This document shows, one piece after another, positions 10,011 to 23,750 of a DNA stretch of 64,000 bases. Location: the NCBI GenBank assembly GCA_002269645.1, contig NIVC01000553.1, positions 1 to 64,000 on the forward strand, read 5' to 3'. The position numbers and the translations under genes were made by a program. Position 1 is the first letter of the stretch. Each line of letters begins with the position of its first letter. The notes beneath the pieces are model-generated. The model worked only from the letters and a program-made list of their open reading frames with translations. It made no database searches and was not told where the DNA came from. This DNA comes from Macrostomum lignano. Lineage: Eukaryota.

Positions 10011-12248
10011 AGCGAAGTTGTTCTTTCTTAGGCCAACTTAAGCGAGCTAATGCCTTAGACTGGTGCGAGAAGTCGACCTCTGCGGCTGATAACCGTCGGT
10101 TGAACTAAGTAAATGACTCCTCTGTTTGCTGAACTCAAGGCAGAAAAAAACTTTTACAACTCTCCTCGGTACAAAGTAAATGTCAACCAGCAAGGTCTCT
10201 TTTAGTAGAAGAATCCAACCACAAGAAAGCGCCAGGCGTAGGCGCCTTATAAGTTGATTAATGCCGTGTAGGAATGTCTAGGCGGGGGGGGGGGTGGCCG
10301 CGGTAAGAGAGCGCCACAGCTTTTCTCTTCTTTACAGAGGCTTGGTGACTCAGCTAAAAACGTCGTCAATTGGTTCTGCTACAGTCTGACCCCTGCAACC
10401 TCTGCATGCCTCTAAGCAGACTTTGGCAGTTGAATGAAATAGCCAATAGCTTCTTAGTTAAAGTCTCTATTCGCATTCAGAAAACGTGAATGGTCTTCTA
10501 CTTTAGTAAAGTCTCTCTCTTGTCTTATTTTACGCTTCTGTGCTCACTCTGGTGAATGAAAATGAGTGAAGATAAATAATTGTGCAGAATTTCTCAACCT
10601 ATTATATAGAACTGCATTCGGCACAAGAGTAGATAGCCGTCAAACAGGGTGCGCGGCAAATTCGGTGCGTGCACATTTGCCAGCGCTAGATGAATGAAAT
10701 GGCACTGGCTCTGATCTGGCTGGCGTGCCTGCCAGTTAGTAAAATAGAGCAGAGTAGAGTAATAGAACTCGAAAGAAAAGCTTTGTTTACAAGTATTTCT
10801 GCTGCCGCAAAGGTCGATAGAACCCACCCATTCACCGAGCGTCTAATCTGAGTATTATTCGGGTCGCATTTTGTCAGCAGATATTAGCACAATAAGAGCC
10901 TTGGTAACTACAAAGCAGTCAGAATAGTCAAAGAAAAGATTACTTTAGAGAGAGAAGAGCCTAGAAAAAAAAAGAAAGGAAAATAAAAAGACCCCGATAG
11001 AGAGACCGAGGAAATGCAAGCAGGTGCAATAAATAAATTTTCTGTTGGTTTTGTGCACTGCACAAATGACTTCAAAGCCATTATAGCTGGGCTGCATGCA
11101 TTTGGAATTCTAGTATGAGGCGTGTTTTTTAAAAAAAATTGAACTCCTAAAACCTATGTACGAACGGAGTTCGCGCAAACTCAAATGCTTAGCAAGTGTA
11201 AGATTTGAACTGAGGCATGAAAAGTTAATACACAATAATCGTCCTTCTCAGTCTTAACTTAAGAACAGGGGGAAAGCTACTTTCCTGACATTTGAGATTA
11301 TTGCTTGACTGCAAATTGGCAGCCATCCGGGAGAGGTCATCAGAGGTCTATGTAAGACTATCTTTCCTGGAATATCCTGCGGCACTACGTTGGCGCTAAA
11401 TTATGGTCTGCGCGACTCTTGTTTCAATGAAAAGTTGATTTCAATTCAAGCTTTGATTCCGGCAGGGGTCGGTCCACAATGCTTCTCTTTTTTAGTCCTC
11501 GGGACCTTGGGTCCTTTGAAACTTCACAATAGCACTGCGGCTTGCTTGACGTCTGTTTGTATCTCTTCTCTACTCTCTCTTCTCACCTTATCTCTAATGT
11601 CTCCTAAACTAATTTCCTAAGCAATGCATTCAAAACCTAACATTCCCGAACTAGATTGATTCAACGCACTATACTTTCAAGACTTATTCAAGCAACAGTG
11701 CAAATGTACTCACTGCAATGCAGAGACTATAAATTCACAACGAACGTATTTAAGAGAAAAATTTATTGCCTTTCTACAGTATCTAATACTAGCACAACTT
11801 CTATAGATATTCATTCTAGCTGGAATAAACGACAGCGAGGCACCACTAGTAACAATTGAGCTTGCAGCCCAGACCCCGCCAACTAATTCTTTGGAAGACC
11901 GCATGAAAAGACGCAAGTATAGAACGGGTGGGTAACTTAGTAGCAACTTACTAGCTTTGAGACGGCTAGGGTGAGCCATTTTTTCCAAGAGCCACTCCCT
12001 AACAGACAATGCACAGCGCACTCAGCACAATATAGATCACAAAGCGACACCCAAACTCAACCTTTTGGCTACTAACTAACTGAGAGGCCTCGAATTCAGA
12101 CACAATGGATACAGATATAAAATACGATTAGATACTTAATGCTTAGCTAACAATAAACAATGAAAAGCTTCGAAAGAAACTATTCTGTCTTAAAAGCAAG
12201 TTCCACAATCATAATAACTAAAGCTTGAGAGAATAGAGACCCAACAAC

Positions 12249-12536
12249 CATACATGCGCAACAGTAGGCCGAGTCGGCCGACCGATTTGGCGGCCAACCA
12301 AGGAAGTCGCAAAAATGCCCACCCGAAAAAACACCAAGTAGTAGTACTAAGTAGCTGAAGAAGCATTTTGGCTTTATAAGACAGTCATAGTTACTCCTGC
12401 CGTTTACCCAAAGTTGTGTTAATTTTGCTTTCGGGTCTTTTTACATGTAAGTCGCATTTTTGGCCAAAAACTACGTCGCATTTTTATTAAAACTAAGTCG
12501 CACGGCCGACCGAATTTTGGAGGTTGCGCATGTATG
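12249..12536. mobile_element. hAT-type MITE, copy 1 (288 bp)
   Basis: Perfect 14-bp TIR catacatgcgcaac; perfect 8-bp TSD ccaacaac (12241-12248 / 12537-12544). Confidence 0.9.
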
Positions 12537-14767
12537 CCAACAACCTAGAAAATGCTAAGTTCGATCTGGCTAAAGCTTCAATACAAACTTAGAAACCAAC
12601 TGCCAGGCATTTTTTCACTCTACTCAGACTCAATTCTATGTTTTCTTGTTTTTTTCTGACTTTAAAGGCTACAAAGCTATCAGCTCAGCGCTAATAAAAC
12701 TATTGCTCCACTTGTCCCTAGAAACAAATTCAAATGCTACATATTGCATAGATAACAACAGTACCACAGAAAAAGTAAGTTGCACATTGGCAAAAAATTG
12801 AGTCCTAGATGAAAAAAATTGCTGAACAAAGTGATCGTTTTCTTTCATATGCAATGAAAAAGCACATCTTCAGACTTCCTGAATAAATAAAAAATACAGA
12901 CCATTTACACAGCTCCTTAATAATACTGTACTACTCATAGTAGCATAATATGGCAGAATAGCATATAGCAGGATAATGGAGGCAATGTAACTTAAAGTAA
13001 ATCTCAACATATTACTTAAGTTACAATTTACATACTACACTAATGATAAGTAGTATTCAGCACAAATTACTCACAAAAACAGTTTGATATCCATTTTATT
13101 AATTTAAAAAAGCCTAAAAAATACAGAATACAAAAGTACACTCTTGTATTGTTTGGTTAAAAAGACATTTATATAGTGCATAAAAATATTACTGAACTCA
13201 TTATCTATAATAGATGTCTAAAATTTATTAGAATAGATTAAATAATATCTAATCTCTAGGCCCTTTATTAATTACCAGAGTCCAAGATTATAGATACAAA
13301 ATAAACAAGATATATATGCTTTTAGAAAAATAATTTCATAACTCTATATCTATGGTATAAGTTTCATTTGCTTCTGTTTATATCTACTCTATATATATCT
13401 AGTCTCATTGTCACTGAAGAAGACATTTGAACTTTTTTACTATTTTCTGGTGCTCTATATGCAGCATCCAAGTTTCTATTTATGTATTGAGATGCAGTAT
13501 CCCATTGCAGTTAAGGAGGCATAACTTTTGAAAAGTTTGTGATATTTTCAAATTTTCACTGTCATTTGTAAGTAAAGCTGCTATGAAATAGATCAGTTGC
13601 TATTACTCTTACTGACTGTTAAAGAGTTCAAGTCATGTGAAAGACTTTTGGACACTCCTCATTAAGATATGTTCTAGACATATGCAATTTATAGAAGCAA
13701 CTTTGTCATACATCAATAAAATATATAAGCCATTGGCTTTGACTAGAAATTGTTATAGAATATAGAAGTAAAAATATTGTAATACTTTATACACATTAGA
13801 ATGTTATAGCCAATTTGTATTGAACTTTTGTCTAAAGGTCACTAAAGCCAATTGTCTATTTTTTAGTTTGAATATTTCTCTGAGTCTAGTAAGTCAGATA
13901 ACTTATCTGATTCCTTGATTCTTTTGTTTATTTTAGTCAAAATACTCATTAACTTTTTTATTTGTTATAGTAATTTAATGTCTTCAAAAGTCAATTTGAA
14001 TTTCTATTGTATTCAAGTGACTTGGTTGTCTTTTTTCCTTATCAATTTCATGTTTATTTTATATTAGGCATCAAAGTTAAAGCTCAAGCTTATACAAATA
14101 AGCAAATATTTTTACAAATTATCAAAGTGAAATAAATGCAAATTTTGATTGATTGCAATTGGATAAAGATAATATTGATTAAATTGATAAATTTCAGCTT
14201 GAAGGAGATGATATATGATAGATTGCAAGGGGATTTTAATGAAAATTAGTTTCACAAAGAGTATTTTGATAGATTTCACTTAGAAAAAAATATTATTTTA
14301 ATGGATCCTTGTTTCATGGAAAGGATTTTAATGAATCCTTGTTTCAAAAAGATGATCTTGATGGATCTTATTTCATTTGAAGGGCAATCCAAAAATATAG
14401 AAAAGAGGCAATTGCTATCTATTCTTCTATTTAGGGCTAGTAGACAGTACATTGTGACAGAGGGGCTGCTACTTGTCACTAAACTGAACTTTTACTGCTA
14501 TTGAGAATGGCCTGTTCCATCCATCTTGAGGTGCATACCTATCCCTGACAATGTTGTCATTCTTGTTCCCAGGTTTGGTCCCTTTCTGTCCTATGCATGA
14601 TTGGGTTCCCTCCTTTCCCTGGCCCACTGCCCAGTTTTTTCTTTTGATTTTGTTTTTCTGTGCTATCCTGTGGGATTTTTTGTTGTTTTCTATCTGTGGG
14701 CTGTAATGCCCTAGAGGCTAGAGCCCTATTGCCCATTTGTTATTCATCCTTTCTTATCCCTTGGGCC

Positions 14768-15031
14768 CATACATGTGCAACCTCCAAAATTTGGTCGGCC
14801 ATGCAACTTAGTTTTAACAAAAATGCGACGTAGTTTTTGGCCAAAAATGCGACTTACATGTAAAAAAACCCTAATGCAAAATAAACGCAACTTTGGGTAA
14901 ACGGCAGGAGTAACTATGACTGTCTTATTAAGTCAAAATCCTCGTCAGCTACTTAGTACTACTTGGCATTTTTTCGGGTGGGCATTTTTGCAACTTCCTT
15001 GGCCGACTTGGCCGACTGTTGCGCATGTATG
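14768..15031. mobile_element. hAT-type MITE, copy 2, inverted relative to copy 1 (264 bp)
   Basis: TIR catacatg(t/c)gcaac; perfect 8-bp TSD cttgggcc (14760-14767 / 15032-15039); body is the reverse complement of 12249-12536. Confidence 0.9.
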
Positions 15032-16132
15032 CTTGGGCCCCTTGTCTAAAAGTTGTTTTCGCTTAAACTATTTATATGCTTGACCTACTAGTTAATTTAA
15101 ATTTTAAAAAGCCTTCTAGCCTTTTCTTTCTCCTCACCTATTTCTACTTACCTAACTTGCATTTAACATACTATTCATTGTTTATCTGTTTAGCCCTTTG
15201 CAACTACAACTCCTTTTTAATTAGCTAACACCCCACTACTCTGCTGGATTTAGTCTTGATTTGTAAGTGTTGCCAATATAACCTGCTCTAATATTCAGCA
15301 TTACTTAACCAGCTTCTATAATCATAATTGTCTATTTAGGCATATTTATTTATTGATCAATAGGCCAATAGCCTTCTTTAGGTCTTTTGGTTTTGCTTAT
15401 GCAGCATAAAAAAACAATTGTTCTCAACTCTATGTGAGCTCTGAGACATTAATGTTTTATAATATATAAATTACAATGGTGGCAATGCTACTCTACTATT
15501 AATAAGCATCTGAGCAAACCAACATGCATTAAAACTTTGGTGTCAAAGGACCTAAATTGAATGACTATGCCTAACAAAGACTGCTTGACTACAATTACGA
15601 CTACCCTCCCCCCTAGAACTAAGGACCTGGCAAATGGAGTATTTAGGAGAAAATTTGTTGAGCTTTGACTGTGTAATTTGCTAGCTTTATTTGTGAATTT
15701 AATGCAGGCAGCAATTTAATTTTGCTTAACTGCCCAACTATTAAAGATTTTGTTTTTTCTCCACCTTTATCTCAATTGTACATATAGGCTATATAATTAG
15801 TTTAGTTTTAAATTAAAGCTTTTATTATAAAATTAAAACTGCTAAAATAGGTCCTTTATTTTTTAATTGGTATACATTTATTTAGCATTGGCATGTATTA
15901 TTTCAAAGAATTCTGGCATGACTTTAGCATGATCTAGACTATGGGTTCAAATGATGAGCCACTTTTTATACTTACCATACAGACTTACTACTATCTTAGT
16001 TTTTGGGACTTCTTGAACTTTAGGTAGATAAAATAGTTGCAGTTTTGATAGGATCATAATTTTGTCTCTATAGAGGTTTTTGATAATGCTAATTTCAAAT
16101 TTAAGCTTCATTTTTTTGTAGCTCAAAGCCAA

Positions 16133-16480
16133 CCACTGGGGCATGGGAAATGGGGGGGTTAAGGATGGGGAAAATCTTCATGGGGATTAATTTTATATAC
16201 TAAACTTTAATAGAGGCATGGAGGTCAATTGAAGATTAAGTACATAAAGTTAGAGGCTAAGGGGGGAAGAAAAATCTTTGGGAATGGGGTGGGGACAGGG
16301 GGGAGGATAAGGGAAGGGCTGACAACTATTAACCACCAAGGCATAGAGAAAGGGGGTTTTAGGATAGGGAGAATCTTTATAGGGATTGATTTTATATACC
16401 TAGTCCTAAAATTCAATAGAGGCATAGGGGTCAATTGTAGATTAGGTAGATAAATTTGGAGACTGAGGGGGTCTAGGGGG
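16133..16480. repeat. G-rich dispersed repeat (about two tandem units here; a third unit at 25137-26060 is split by a solo LTR)
   Basis: Shared motif ggggatt(a/g)atttt(a/g)ta(t/c)...aaa(c/a)tt(t/c)aatagaggcat at ~16185, ~16385 and ~26022. Confidence 0.6.
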
Positions 16481-18215
16481 GAATTGTAATGAAGCTTAAA
16501 TTAAAAATCCAGCAAGTTATCAAATATCTCCATGGAGAAAAAATTATAATTCTATCAAACTAATTGATATTAGCAGCTGTAGTTACCTTTAGAATAGAAA
16601 GACAATGCAGATTAGTAGAAGTAAGTATAGGTAAACAAGTAAAGAATGTATAGTATGGCTAGTCATAACCATGAGAAAATGATAATAAATCAAAAGTGGA
16701 AGGTCAACAGCAATGGTAAACCATAGGTCAGGATTTTTTAAAAACACTCATCTGACGTGGTACTTTTGCTGCACTATAACAAACTAAGTAAAGAAAAATT
16801 AGAAGACACTCTTTTTATTAGAGTTAAAAATCCAACCTAAACATTTTTTAAATGAATTTGTTAAATTGTAAAAAATAATTACATTTGAAGGTCATGTCTT
16901 ATGATACTAAAAAAGTTTATTTTTTAAGGACACAATTCTACAAAACTGCTTGTATCAAATTATCACTAATTATATAGGGATTAACAAATTAAGCTCCTGT
17001 TAACTTCATAAATCGTTAACTTCATAAAGTCGATACTTTTTTGACAGTATTGGACTTTAGTAACTTCCAATACTATTTTCTACTTTTCCCAATAGTCCAA
17101 TAGTCCAATTCTTTTTTAATTTTGAGCCTGCAAACAATCAAAATTTCATTAAAATGAATGAAATAGTTGCATAATTTTACAGAAAGTTATGATAAATACT
17201 TCATTTTCAGCCCAATGAAGCTGAAATAATTAATACTTTTATCCTTAAAACTAGTTTTTAGAACTTTTTAAAATAGCCTGCGCAATATATACTTCATCAA
17301 CTAATTACTAATTAGTAAATTCTCATCAAAATGATATTATTTAGCCAATTATCATGCTGCAAGTTTTGCAACACTGTTAGCTACTGATAGCCAATTGCTT
17401 CTAGAATTTCTACAAAAGTAAATGTACAAATACTACACTATAATGACACAAGTAATTTAGTGAACAATGCATACATGCAAACAGTCCACAATGAATAAAG
17501 AAATGCCCTATTTTGGGCGCATATATTGGGCAAGGCCAAGTTGCATTAAGAAGAATGACTACAGAGACTAATAAATAGTTAATTATCTACTACAGTGGCA
17601 ACTGTTGGTTTTCATTCATTAATTTTATTTTATTTCTTTTACTAAAGACTTCATTATTTAGAACAATGCTAATCTTGCTTTATTCACCTGAAAAAACAAG
17701 GAGAAGGACTAAGAAGCTTAAATATATGCATTTTTATTTTTTAAACATTTATTTTTGCACAAACTAGGTATTGGAATAAAGTATTGGAATTAGGGTATTG
17801 TTGATATTCAAATTTAGGTATCGGACTTTCAGGTATTGACAATACTTTTTTCAGAAAGGGTATCGGAGTATTGATTTTTACCAATACTTTTTGAGTATTG
17901 TGCCCAACATTAAGTATTAGTATTGGTGTGATAATTGTAATTTAAAACCAACAAAGCTCTTTTGGTTTTGTCTCACCATTGCCTAGATATAATTTCAATA
18001 TTTAAATGATTAAATCACAAAAGTGAATATTTAAAGCTATATTCCTAAAAGAAATGAAACTTGATGCTATGATATTGCACTTAGAAATAATTGTATTTTG
18101 AAGTTTGATTTTTAAACCATGAAATTTTGCCATCTTTTAAGGAGATTGTATATCAAGTACTAACTCCTATAGGGATAATGCTATGTCATATATGTTATCA
18201 TATAACAAAAATACC

Positions 18216-19005
18216 TGTCACGTTATTGGCGTAGAGGCTATGACCCTTAGAAGGGCTGTTTTACGGGAGTTGTCGTAAGTTTTAGTCCCAAAATGAATCG
18301 AGTCAAGTCTTGAGAAGCGGATTGTGTAGCGGAGCACTTGGCATACAAGGCAGGGAACTGCCATAGTTGATTTATTGTTGAGATCAATATATTCAAATTG
18401 GTTAATGTCAATACAGAACTTATTGCGCTTTGGGACACTGGCAGCTGCAACAATGGTTTTGAATTGAAGGTGAGTTAGAAATTGCAGTCGAGTGGCAGGC
18501 GAGTGATGCAAGGCGATGCAACATGGTGAGTAACGGCGATGAGCACAGCAGAGGCAGATGCGTAGTGGTGAGATTGGCGTTAGCCGTGGCAGACAATGGC
18601 AGGCAGTGTAAACAGGCTGGCCCAGACAGAGGAGCCGTGACAAAAGATAAGGAGGCTTGAGGCAGCCCGAAGCCAGAGGAAAGGGGAGGCAGACAGAAGG
18701 CAGGAGAAGGAGAAGGAGCCCGCCGCTAGGCGGGGGTTAATAAAGAGTGCAAATGGCTAGCAATATACACGCGGAGATTTCTCATTGGCTGGTGAGAGAA
18801 CTTGAAATTATCGATCATGCCAAAATTCACAGACGAGCGCAAGGCCTACCAAATACACAGTGAATTAGCAGTTGATACAGATTATTTGCACGCTACTACA
18901 AGTAAACGTTAAAATAAACTATTGGAGAAATTAATATGAGAAATTGCGAGGGAAACTATAGTCCAATGGCCCTTTTGCGGGACCACTTAAACTAGCAACG
19001 TCACA
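18216..19005. mobile_element. Solo LTR (790 bp)
   Basis: TGTCACGTT...AACGTCACA termini (TG..CA with short IR); perfect 5-bp TSD atacc (18211-18215 / 19006-19010); related inverted copy at 25174-26001. Confidence 0.85.
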
Positions 19006-19215
19006 ATACCCTTTTATCTAATTCAATCAGGCAAATTTTTCTATTGTATACAGGCCTTATGCCTAACTAAAATTTTAGCAAGATTTTAATTTTCTTTACT
19101 TTTTCACCAGGCTTAGTTTTTTTGCATTTAGACAAAAATAATTTTTACAAAACTAATATAGAATTATATCTAATACAAGACAAGAGGAAAAACTAATTGG
19201 AGACACTGGCTACAG

Positions 19216-19765
19216 ATCCTAGAATTTTTGTCGACTTTTTTTTTCATCAACTAAGAGTTGACGAAAAATCGAAAATTCATTGGTAGTTGGAATGTTTGTC
19301 AACTGCCAATAGGAACAATGGAATCTTCATCAACTACCAATAAGAAATATGGAATTTTCGTCAACTGCGTGCCATTGGATGTGCTTTAACTTCAACTTAC
19401 GTGATACATATTTTAGTAACTAAATTAATTAAAGTTTATTGTCCAATAATTACTTGGCACCAGGCACATTTTCTCTAAATTGTGTTGGACACTACACAGT
19501 GCACACTGTTCATGTGCCAACTTGCGAGTCATGTACATCTGCTAGCTAGTTCATGCTTAGATTGTAACAGACAACATTGCACAATGGCAATCAACACATG
19601 TTGAATATACAATACAGCGTACATAATAAATCATGCACAAAGGCAGTTCTCCGATGCCTTCAATCTGGCTGTGGAACTTTCGTCAACAGGCAGTGGAAGA
19701 TTTGGAATATTCGTCAACTGCAGAAATGAGGGTTAGAATATTCGTCAACAAATTCCATAAACCCT
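19216..19765. mobile_element. Probable degraded hAT-like MITE with repeated subterminal (tt)cgtcaac motifs
   Basis: 8-bp direct repeat ggctacag (19208-19215 / 19766-19773); the right end reads as CAGGGTT on the reverse strand; left TIR degraded. Confidence 0.4.
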
Positions 19766-20608
19766 GGCTACAGCCTACAGCAAAAAGGGCCTAGTGTTAA
19801 AAAATAAACAAAGCATTAACATTGCATTTGAAGGATTGAATTTGAAACCTATTTTTCTATAATGTAATTTTAATCAGTCAAATAGCTTAACTTATTAGGC
19901 CTAAACTGAACCTGTAAAACTAAAATATTAGCAAGAACAGTCAGTCTAGTCCAGTGCCAAAAAAATTGCAGCACGCGTGCAGCAATCAGCAGAATTGTAT
20001 TACATTTGACTATATTACATTTCCAAAATTAATTCAAATTCTCCCACGTGTAGCGATACAGTTATCTTAGAAAGTCAGTTCTTATCTGTTAGGGATTTTG
20101 CTTTATTATTATTGTATAGCTTTTGTTTGAATGAAAAAGCGAATTGGCACTCTTAAAAACTACGATTAAATTAATTTAAATCTAATTCCGTCGTTGATCG
20201 TCGGACTTGCTACAAGCAAAACTATAAACCAATAAGTGAACTAAGAAAATAAATAAACTAAAAGTAAAACTAAAACTTCAATTATGAAAAAATGGCTGAT
20301 TAAAAAATCTAGCCAATGCTGCAAAAATGCCATGTGATATAGCGTGTTGGCATTGACACTAAACTGCTGACAATACGTCGGTAGCTACGTGGTTCTTCTA
20401 ATGAGAAAATTTGAAATTGTGATGAAGTCATCTTAATTGATAGACTTTGAAAGGTGCCATTGTATTGGCTCAGGGCTTTCAGGCCCAAAAAAATTTTATT
20501 TACCATACGATGTGTAATTTTTCATTATACTCGTATAATGAAAGCAAAGGACATTTGTTTAAGCTTTATCTTGATCGAGCTGTACACCTAGTGTCAAATT
20601 GTATGCTT

Positions 20609-20968
20609 TGATGGGTTTCGGCCTTTCGGCCCCCTTTTGGGAAGCCTTCGGGCCTCAGGTCTCAGAAATAAATCAATTAGAGTCATGCTGGCCCCCACTC
20701 CTGTCAGATGGTCAGCCCCATGGTAGCTTGAGTGTGGCGAGCAGTCTAGGTCCTATAGCTAAGAGCTAGAGGGACAGCGAGAGACAAGCAGGGAGAATTT
20801 TGAAGGTTATAAAGATTAGCCAATCCGCAGATTAATCCACAAGCTCATGATTGGCTGAGCTTGTTGCCACCCAAACTGCTCACGTGACCAAGAGATTGTG
20901 GATGCAATCATGAGCTTTTTTCATGTGCAGTGCTAGCGTGGAATTTGGGAAAAAGTGCGTCCTCATCA
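20609..20968. mobile_element. TGATG...CATCA element, copy A (LTR-like or Penelope pLTR-like)
   Basis: Shares a 39-nt block (38/39) and a 76-nt block (73/76) with 28281-28672 in inverted orientation; centres unrelated. Confidence 0.55.
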
Positions 20969-21123
20969 CACTCAAAAGGTGACACACACTCGCACTGCAC
21001 ACCAACTGCCAGGCTCGCTTTATCTTTGAAGTCCGCGATGCCGGCTTTTCGTTGGAACCTCAGCTTGACGTTCTCGATCAGCTGTGCTTTTTTAATTGTT
21101 TGGCTCCCCGTCGGCCCACAGGC

Positions 21124-22265
21124 CTGATTGCTCTCTTTGTTGACTTCAGGAAGGCATTCGACTCGGTCGTGAGGGCCGTGCTCCCAATGGTGCTTCGTGC
21201 GTACGACGTGCCAGAGCAGCTGCTCTCCGCCGTCATGGCGCTGTATCTCGGCACGAACGCTGCTGTGCTAACACCGGACGGCCTGTCGGATTTCTTTGAA
21301 ACATCTTCTGGGGTGCTTCAGAGAGATACGCTTGCGCCGTTTCTGTTGGTCCTAGTGCTTGACTGGGTGCTGCGGACTGCTCTCCCTTCTAACGACGACG
21401 GCTTCCTGTTGCAGCGACGCGTGAGTCGACGCCAACCGGAAAGGCGGCTCAGCGTGCTGGGCTACGCCGATAATCTCGCCCTGCTGTCCTCGACCGTCTA
21501 GGGCGCCCAACGCCAGCTGGACCGGCTTGTGAGCGTTGCGGCGGGTGTCGGCCTGGTGGTCAACACGCAGAAGAACGTGCTCTGCGTGCCGGACGACATC
21601 GAGGCTGCAATTTTCTGCCGAGGCGCCGACGGACAGGCGACGAAGCTTCCGTGCTGTCAGCAGTTCGTCTACCTCGGCAGTCTGGTTCCTGACGTTCGCG
21701 AGGACCTACGACGTCGGCGTGGACTTGTTTGTGCTGCCTTCCGTTCCGTGAGGGTTGTCCTGTAGTCCGAGGCCCTGCCCGACAGCCAGAGGGCGGCGCT
21801 GTTCCAGGCGCGGTGATCGAGACCGTCCTGCTGTACAACGCCGAGACCTGGACGCTGAAGGATTCGCTCGAACAGCTGGTCGATGCGGCACACGCTGGCC
21901 TGCTGCGCGCCGCCTTCAAGATCGGCTACGAGCGAGTGACCAACGTGGCTTTGTATCACCGCGCCGGCCTGGTCCGTAAGCGAACTGTTGCGCCGTCGGC
22001 GACTCCAGTTGGCAGGCCATTTCATACGAGCCGAGTCGTTCTGCCCACAGCCGGTGCAGGAGGTGCTGCTGCTGACGCTGCAGGCACCCTACCGGCGGGA
22101 GCAGGCGCGTACAAGGCGTTTCGTCGACTGCCGCTGGCTGATGCCGGCGCCCCGGACACTGCCGGCGGCGCGGCCTACGTTCCCGCCCAGGCCTTGAAAC
22201 GCGCCCTTTGTGACGTTGTCTGCGTCGTCTGCTGACTGGCCTACAACGTATTTTGTTGTTGTTGT
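21124..22265 (+). mobile_element. 5'-truncated, degraded RTE-clade LINE (RT C-terminal half)
   Basis: LFVDFRKAFDSV, GVLQRDTLAPFL, GYADN (YADD), FVYLGS, VLLYNAETWTL, RRRRLQLAGH; internal stops and frameshifts; (TTG)n 3' tail ending at 22265. Confidence 0.9.
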
Positions 22266-22382
22266 GGGGGGGGGGGGGCAGAATTGATCTTACAGGATGA
22301 GCCCACAGGAGACTCGCTAGTGTTTAATTTCAGAGTTGTTATATACCCTCGTACTTGTCAAAAAACCACAAGCAGGGATAGA

Positions 22383-22596
22383 TGTAGTGAGTTGCAAGTG
22401 TACTTGTATCGCTAGAGCTAGAGCGGGGTGGGGGTTGCTATTGTACAGCATGTACGTGCTTTTCACCCACCCCTGTCTCCATCTTTTATACCCAGTTATG
22501 TAACAATCGTTGTATCGTATTTAACCTGCGTATCGATCTAATAAACGCCAAGAGGCTTCGTCAACTCTCAGTCGTATCTCTCTGCCTTAGTCTACA
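22383..22596 (+). mobile_element. Small solo LTR (214 bp), Gypsy-like
   Basis: TGTAG...CTACA termini; 4-bp TSD taga (22379-22382 / 22597-22600); tttata ~22485 followed by AATAAA at 22540-22545. Confidence 0.7.
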
Positions 22597-22784
22597 TAGA
22601 TGCTGGGTGGAATGCAGCCCCAGTGACTGCAGACTGACGGGAATTAATTTAGATTTAAGCTCCCTGACCAAAAACCTGGTTAAGCCCCGGTTAGCGCCAG
22701 GGTTGGGGCTGGTGGCAAAGGGCCGCTGTCATTTTTTGGCGCAGGAGTGATTTTTGACTCGACGGGCGCACTTGGGCTGAAATC

Positions 22785-23750
22785 AACTCAACTGCTCTGA
22801 CTTGGGGGCTTGACTTGACTCAACTGCTCTGACTTGGGGGCTTGACTTGGCTCAACTGCTCTGACTTTGGGGCTTGACTTGACTCAACTGCTCTGATTTG
22901 GGGGCTGAATTGACTCAACTGCTTGGACTTGGGGGCTTGACTTGACTTAACTGCTCTGATTTGGGGGCTTGAATTGACTCAACTGCTCTGACTTGGGGGC
23001 TTGACTTGACTCAACTGCTCTGACTTGGGGGCTTGACTTGGCTCAACTGCTCTGACTTTGGGGCTTGACTTGACTCAACTGCTCTGATTTGGGGGCTGAA
23101 TTGACTCAACTGCTTGGACTTGGGGGCTTGACTTGACTTAACTGCTCTGATTTGGGGGCTTGAATTGACTCAACTGCTCTGACTTGGGGGCTTGAATTGA
23201 CTCAACCGCTCTGACTTGGGGGCTTGACTTGACTCAACTGCTCTGATTTGGGGGCTTGAATTGACTCAACTGCTCTGACTTGGGGGCTTGAATTGACTCA
23301 ACTGCTCTGACTTTGGGGCTTGACTTGGCTCAACTGCTCTGACTTTGGGGCTTGACTTGACTCAACTGCTCTGATTTGGGGGCTTGAATTGACTCAACTG
23401 CTCTGACTTGGGGGCTTGACTTGACTCAACTGCTCTGATTTGGGGGCTTGAATTGACTCAACTGCTCTGACTTGGGGGCTTGACTTGACTCAACTGCTCT
23501 GATTTGGGGGCTTGAATTGACTCAACTGCTCTGACTTGGGGGCTTGACTTGACTCAACTGCTCTGATTTGGGGGCTTGAATTGACTCAACTGCTCTGACT
23601 TGGGGGCTTGACTTGACTCAACTGCTCTGATTTGGGGGCTGAATTGACTCAACTGCTTGGACTTGGGGGCTTGACTTGACTTAACTGCTCTGACTTGGGG
23701 GGCTTGACTTGACTCAACTGCTCTGATTTGGGGGATTGACTTGACTCAAC
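22785..23750. repeat. 32-bp minisatellite, about 30 units (ctcaactgctctgacttgggggcttgacttga)
   Basis: Period read directly; a 6-unit (191-bp) higher-order duplication at 22861 and 23052. Confidence 0.95.

Noticed and set aside
17765-17915. gtatt-rich segment ending tgcccaaca (like the 47615 hAT end)
   Set aside because: Only one end is recognisable and there is no TSD; at most a fragment
20609-20684. Bona fide hammerhead ribozyme
   Set aside because: The stem II-GAAAC half is present, but there is no correctly placed CUGANGA and no closing stem I/III found by eye; kept only as a hypothesis in the findings
21113-22309. gcccacagg on both sides of the RTE as a TSD
   Set aside because: The right copy lies ~35 nt beyond the (TTG)n tail, after a G-run; may be chance
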